Assembly: GCA_965603825.1 (NCBI GenBank)
Contig: CBFDEM010000028.1
Location: 620,001-684,000 of the forward strand
Reading direction: 5' to 3'
From: Blepharisma stoltei ATCC 30299
Taxonomy: Eukaryota; Protista; Ciliophora
DNA: 64,000 nucleotides
Part shown: one piece after another, positions 61,097-64,000 of the stretch
Numbering within the stretch: the stretch's first letter is position 1
Layout of the letters: every line of letters begins with the position of its first letter
Program-made: the position numbers and the translations under genes
Notes under the pieces: model-generated
The model's database searches: none
Told to the model about the DNA's origin: nothing
Seen by the model: only the letters and a program-made list of their open reading frames with translations

Positions 61097-61479
61097 ATGA
61101 TATATAGCTTATTATTATTAAATAAACATAAAATGAAAATACTCTCCCTTTTTGGAATCTGAAATATTAATCAAATCTACTCCAAAGCAATCTTAAATAT
61201 TTTACAAAATCCTACTTCTTTTATTATTTGACCTTAAACATTTTTGTCGACAAACTATTAAGGTAAGACTGCAATTATAATAAATATTTAAGATCAAGAT
61301 ACTGCATTATAAGACATAGCAAGATATATAGCAATAAGCTTGATTGGTGAAAGATAGTTTAAAAGTTTGGCTTGAGCTGAAAAGCTAATAAGCTATAAAT
61401 ATTAATTAAATAATGATATTTTTATTTGCATATTCTTTATAGAAAGAGTTTATCTTTCTAATGAATCTACTTATTATTT

Positions 61480-62442
61480 AATTGTTATTAGTCTTTTAAT
61501 AATTGAATCTAGACCTCTTCTTAACTTCTAAGATAGCAGATTCAACGGTATAGCCTTTCCTTTATTATCATAATAAATTGCAGAGTTTAGTTTGATTCTA
61601 ATTGTATCTTTGAATGCTTTAATGCTTCTTCATATTTCTTCTCATGATAGAAGGCATCTCCTATGTCATTGTATGCATCGTTATTATTTGAATCGATTTT
61701 TATAGCTTTTTTATATGATTCCATAGCTTCTTCTCTTCTGCCTAACTCATCTAGAGCATTTCCTTTATTATCATAATAAGTTTGGGTTGATTCTAATTGC
61801 ATCGTTGTTATGTTTTAATGTGCTTTCATAGCTCTTTTCAATTTTCATTACAGAAGATAAGTCCTATGCCAATGCATGCATCATCATTATTTGGATCAAT
61901 TCTGATAGCTTCTTTTACGCTAGCTGTAAATTCTCCCTTCCTTCTCAAAGTTCATCTGAATTTTGCTAATTAAAAATGCATTTCATGTTGGAATGACTTT
62001 AGATTTTCTTCGTAAAATCTCTTGATAACTGCAATAATTTGTTTTCCTATTTCACAAAATAACTCGATATATTATTTGATATTACCGTAAAAATCGCTTT
62101 AGATCTTTCAATAGCCTCATTTGCTTGTAAGGCTAACAAATTCAAAGCTGCTCTATCTCTATTCTCTATAGTTTTTGCACTTGCCAGATTTTTGGACATA
62201 GCTCCCAATTCTTTTAAAACTTTCAAAAATGTTTTCGATTACAAAGAGTTTGAGTAATGATTAATTTTTAAAAGACTTTAGCTATTATTATGCACTGCCT
62301 ATCTAAAATCTTCCAACGAAACTATTTAATTTGAAACCAATAAGATCCAATAAGTTTTTAATGTATTTATAACTTTTGCACATTTGCAGTAAAATCTCAA
62401 AGAGTTAAGATAGAGAGCGGAACCCATTTTTACGACACTCAT
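61480..62442 (-). pseudogene. Degenerate TPR-repeat gene adjacent to the telomere
   Basis: TPR consensus YYDNKGNALDELGRREEAMESYKKAIKIDSNNNDAYNDIG at 61587-61802. Flanking TPR-like fragments (EAIRIDPNNDDA) are in shifted frames, and upstream coding-like sequence has TAG/TAA. Ends approximate. Confidence 0.65.
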
Positions 62443-62464
62443 ATTTAAACAAAGCAAAACAAAA

Positions 62465-64000
62465 GGTGTTAGGGTGTTAGGGTGTTAGGGTGTTAGGGTG
62501 TTAGGGTGTTAGGGTGTTAGGGTGTTAGGGTGTTAGGGTGTTAGGGTGTTAGGGTGTTAGGGTGTTAGGGTGTTAGGGTGTTAGGGTGTTAGGGTGTTAG
62601 GGTGTTAGGGTGTTAGGGTGTTAGGGTGTTAGGGTGTTAGGGTGTTAGGGTGTTAGGGTGTTAGGGTGTTAGGGTGTTAGGGTGTTAGGGTGTTAGGGTG
62701 TTAGGGTGTTAGGGTGTTAGGGTGTTAGGGTGTTAGGGTGTTAGGGTGTTAGGGTGTTAGGGTGTTAGGGTGTTAGGGTGTTAGGGTGTTAGGGTGTTAG
62801 GGTGTTAGGGTGTTAGGGTGTTAGGGTGTTAGGGTGTTAGGGTGTTAGGGTGTTAGGGTGTTAGGGTGTTAGGGTGTTAGGGTGTTAGGGTGTTAGGGTG
62901 TTAGGGTGTTAGGGTGTTAGGGTGTTAGGGTGTTAGGGTGTTAGGGTGTTAGGGTGTTAGGGTGTTAGGGTGTTAGGGTGTTAGGGTGTTAGGGTGTTAG
63001 GGTGTTAGGGTGTTAGGGTGTTAGGGTGTTAGGGTGTTAGGGTGTTAGGGTGTTAGGGTGTTAGGGTGTTAGGGTGTTAGGGTGTTAGGGTGTTAGGGTG
63101 TTAGGGTGTTAGGGTGTTAGGGTGTTAGGGTGTTAGGGTGTTAGGGTGTTAGGGTGTTAGGGTGTTAGGGTGTTAGGGTGTTAGGGTGTTAGGGTGTTAG
63201 GGTGTTAGGGTGTTAGGGTGTTAGGGTGTTAGGGTGTTAGGGTGTTAGGGTGTTAGGGTGTTAGGGTGTTAGGGTGTTAGGGTGTTAGGGTGTTAGGGTG
63301 TTAGGGTGTTAGGGTGTTAGGGTGTTAGGGTGTTAGGGTGTTAGGGTGTTAGGGTGTTAGGTGTTAGGGTGTTAGGGTGTTAGGGTGTTAGGGTGTTAGG
63401 GTGTTAGGGTGTTAGGGTGTTAGGGTGTTAGGGTGTTAGGGTGTTAGGGTGTTAGGGTGTTAGGGTGTTAGGGGTGTTAGGGTGTTAGGGTGTTAGGGTG
63501 TTAGGGTGTTAGGGTGTTAGGGTGTTAGGGTGTTAGGGTGTTAGGGTGTTAGGGTGTTAGGGTGTTAGGGTGTTAGGGTGTTAGGGTGTTAGGGTGTTAG
63601 GGTGTTAGGGTGTTAGGGTGTTAGGGTGTTAGGGTGTTAGGGTGTTAGGGTGTTAGGGTGTTAGGGTGTTAGGGTGTTAGGGTGTTAGGGTGTTAGGGTG
63701 TTAGGGTGTTAGGGTGTTAGGGTGTTAGGGTGTTAGGGTGTTAGGGTGTTAGGGTGTTAGGGTGTTAGGGTGTTAGGGTGTTAGGGTGTTAGGGTGTTAG
63801 GGTGTTAGGGGTGTTAGGGTGTTAGGGTGGTTAGGGTGTTAGGGTGTTAGGGTGTTAGGGTGTTAGGGTGTTAGGGGTTGGGTGTTAGGGTGTTAGGGTG
63901 TTAGGGTGTTAGGGTGTTAGGGTGTTAGGGTGTTAGGGTGTTAGGGTGTTAGGGTGTTAGGGTGTTAGGGTGTTAGGGTGTTAGGGTGTTAGGGTGTTAG
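62465..64000 (+). repeat. Telomere, (GGGTGTTA)n / (CCCTAACA)n, about 190 units, runs off the window end
   Basis: Near-perfect 8-mer tandem array with the G-rich strand running 5'->3' toward the end; CCCTAACA is the heterotrich (Stentor/Blepharisma) repeat. Confidence 0.97.

Noticed and set aside
62465-64000. CRISPR array or satellite interpretation of the terminal repeat
   Set aside because: No spacers; it is a contiguous 8-mer identical to the heterotrich telomere at the sequence end.
1-64000. tRNA, rRNA, transposase or IES-interrupted genes
   Set aside because: None recognised by eye and the coding regions show no IES-like interruptions; tRNAscan-SE/Infernal were not run.

Overview
This is eukaryotic DNA: the last 64 kb of a ciliate chromosome arm, ending in at least 1.5 kb of (GGGTGTTA)n = (CCCTAACA)n telomeric repeat. 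Three signals point to a heterotrich ciliate macronuclear genome, most likely Blepharisma: UGA read as Trp (TGA aligns with TGG between tandem paralogs), 15/16-nt GT-AG introns, and the 8-mer telomere. The supplied ORF track uses the standard code, so it fragments most genes. Re-read with UGA=Trp, 1-29.5 kb is a very compact block of about 21 genes. It includes two tandem DUF229-like paralogs, COA5/PET191, SWC6/ZNHIT1, a GH31 glucosidase, RPN10, INTS9, RPL29, two RING-B-box-coiled-coil proteins, a SHIPPO-repeat protein and a TRAF-type zinc-finger protein. 29.7-61.1 kb holds just two tandem, apparently intronless, giant paralogous receptor genes (about 4,470 aa and 5,782 aa). Each has a signal peptide, an array of Cys-rich + LamG/ConA-like modules in a 4-module (~4.2 kb) higher-order repeat, a REJ-like region, an intact GAIN/GPS autoproteolysis motif and about 5 TM helices. 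They look polycystin-1-like but lack PLAT and channel domains. The pair differ by exactly one super-repeat and share patchy near-identical tracts. This subtelomeric, apparently recombining receptor pair is the best candidate for an undescribed system. All family calls come from motif recognition by eye; no searches were run.
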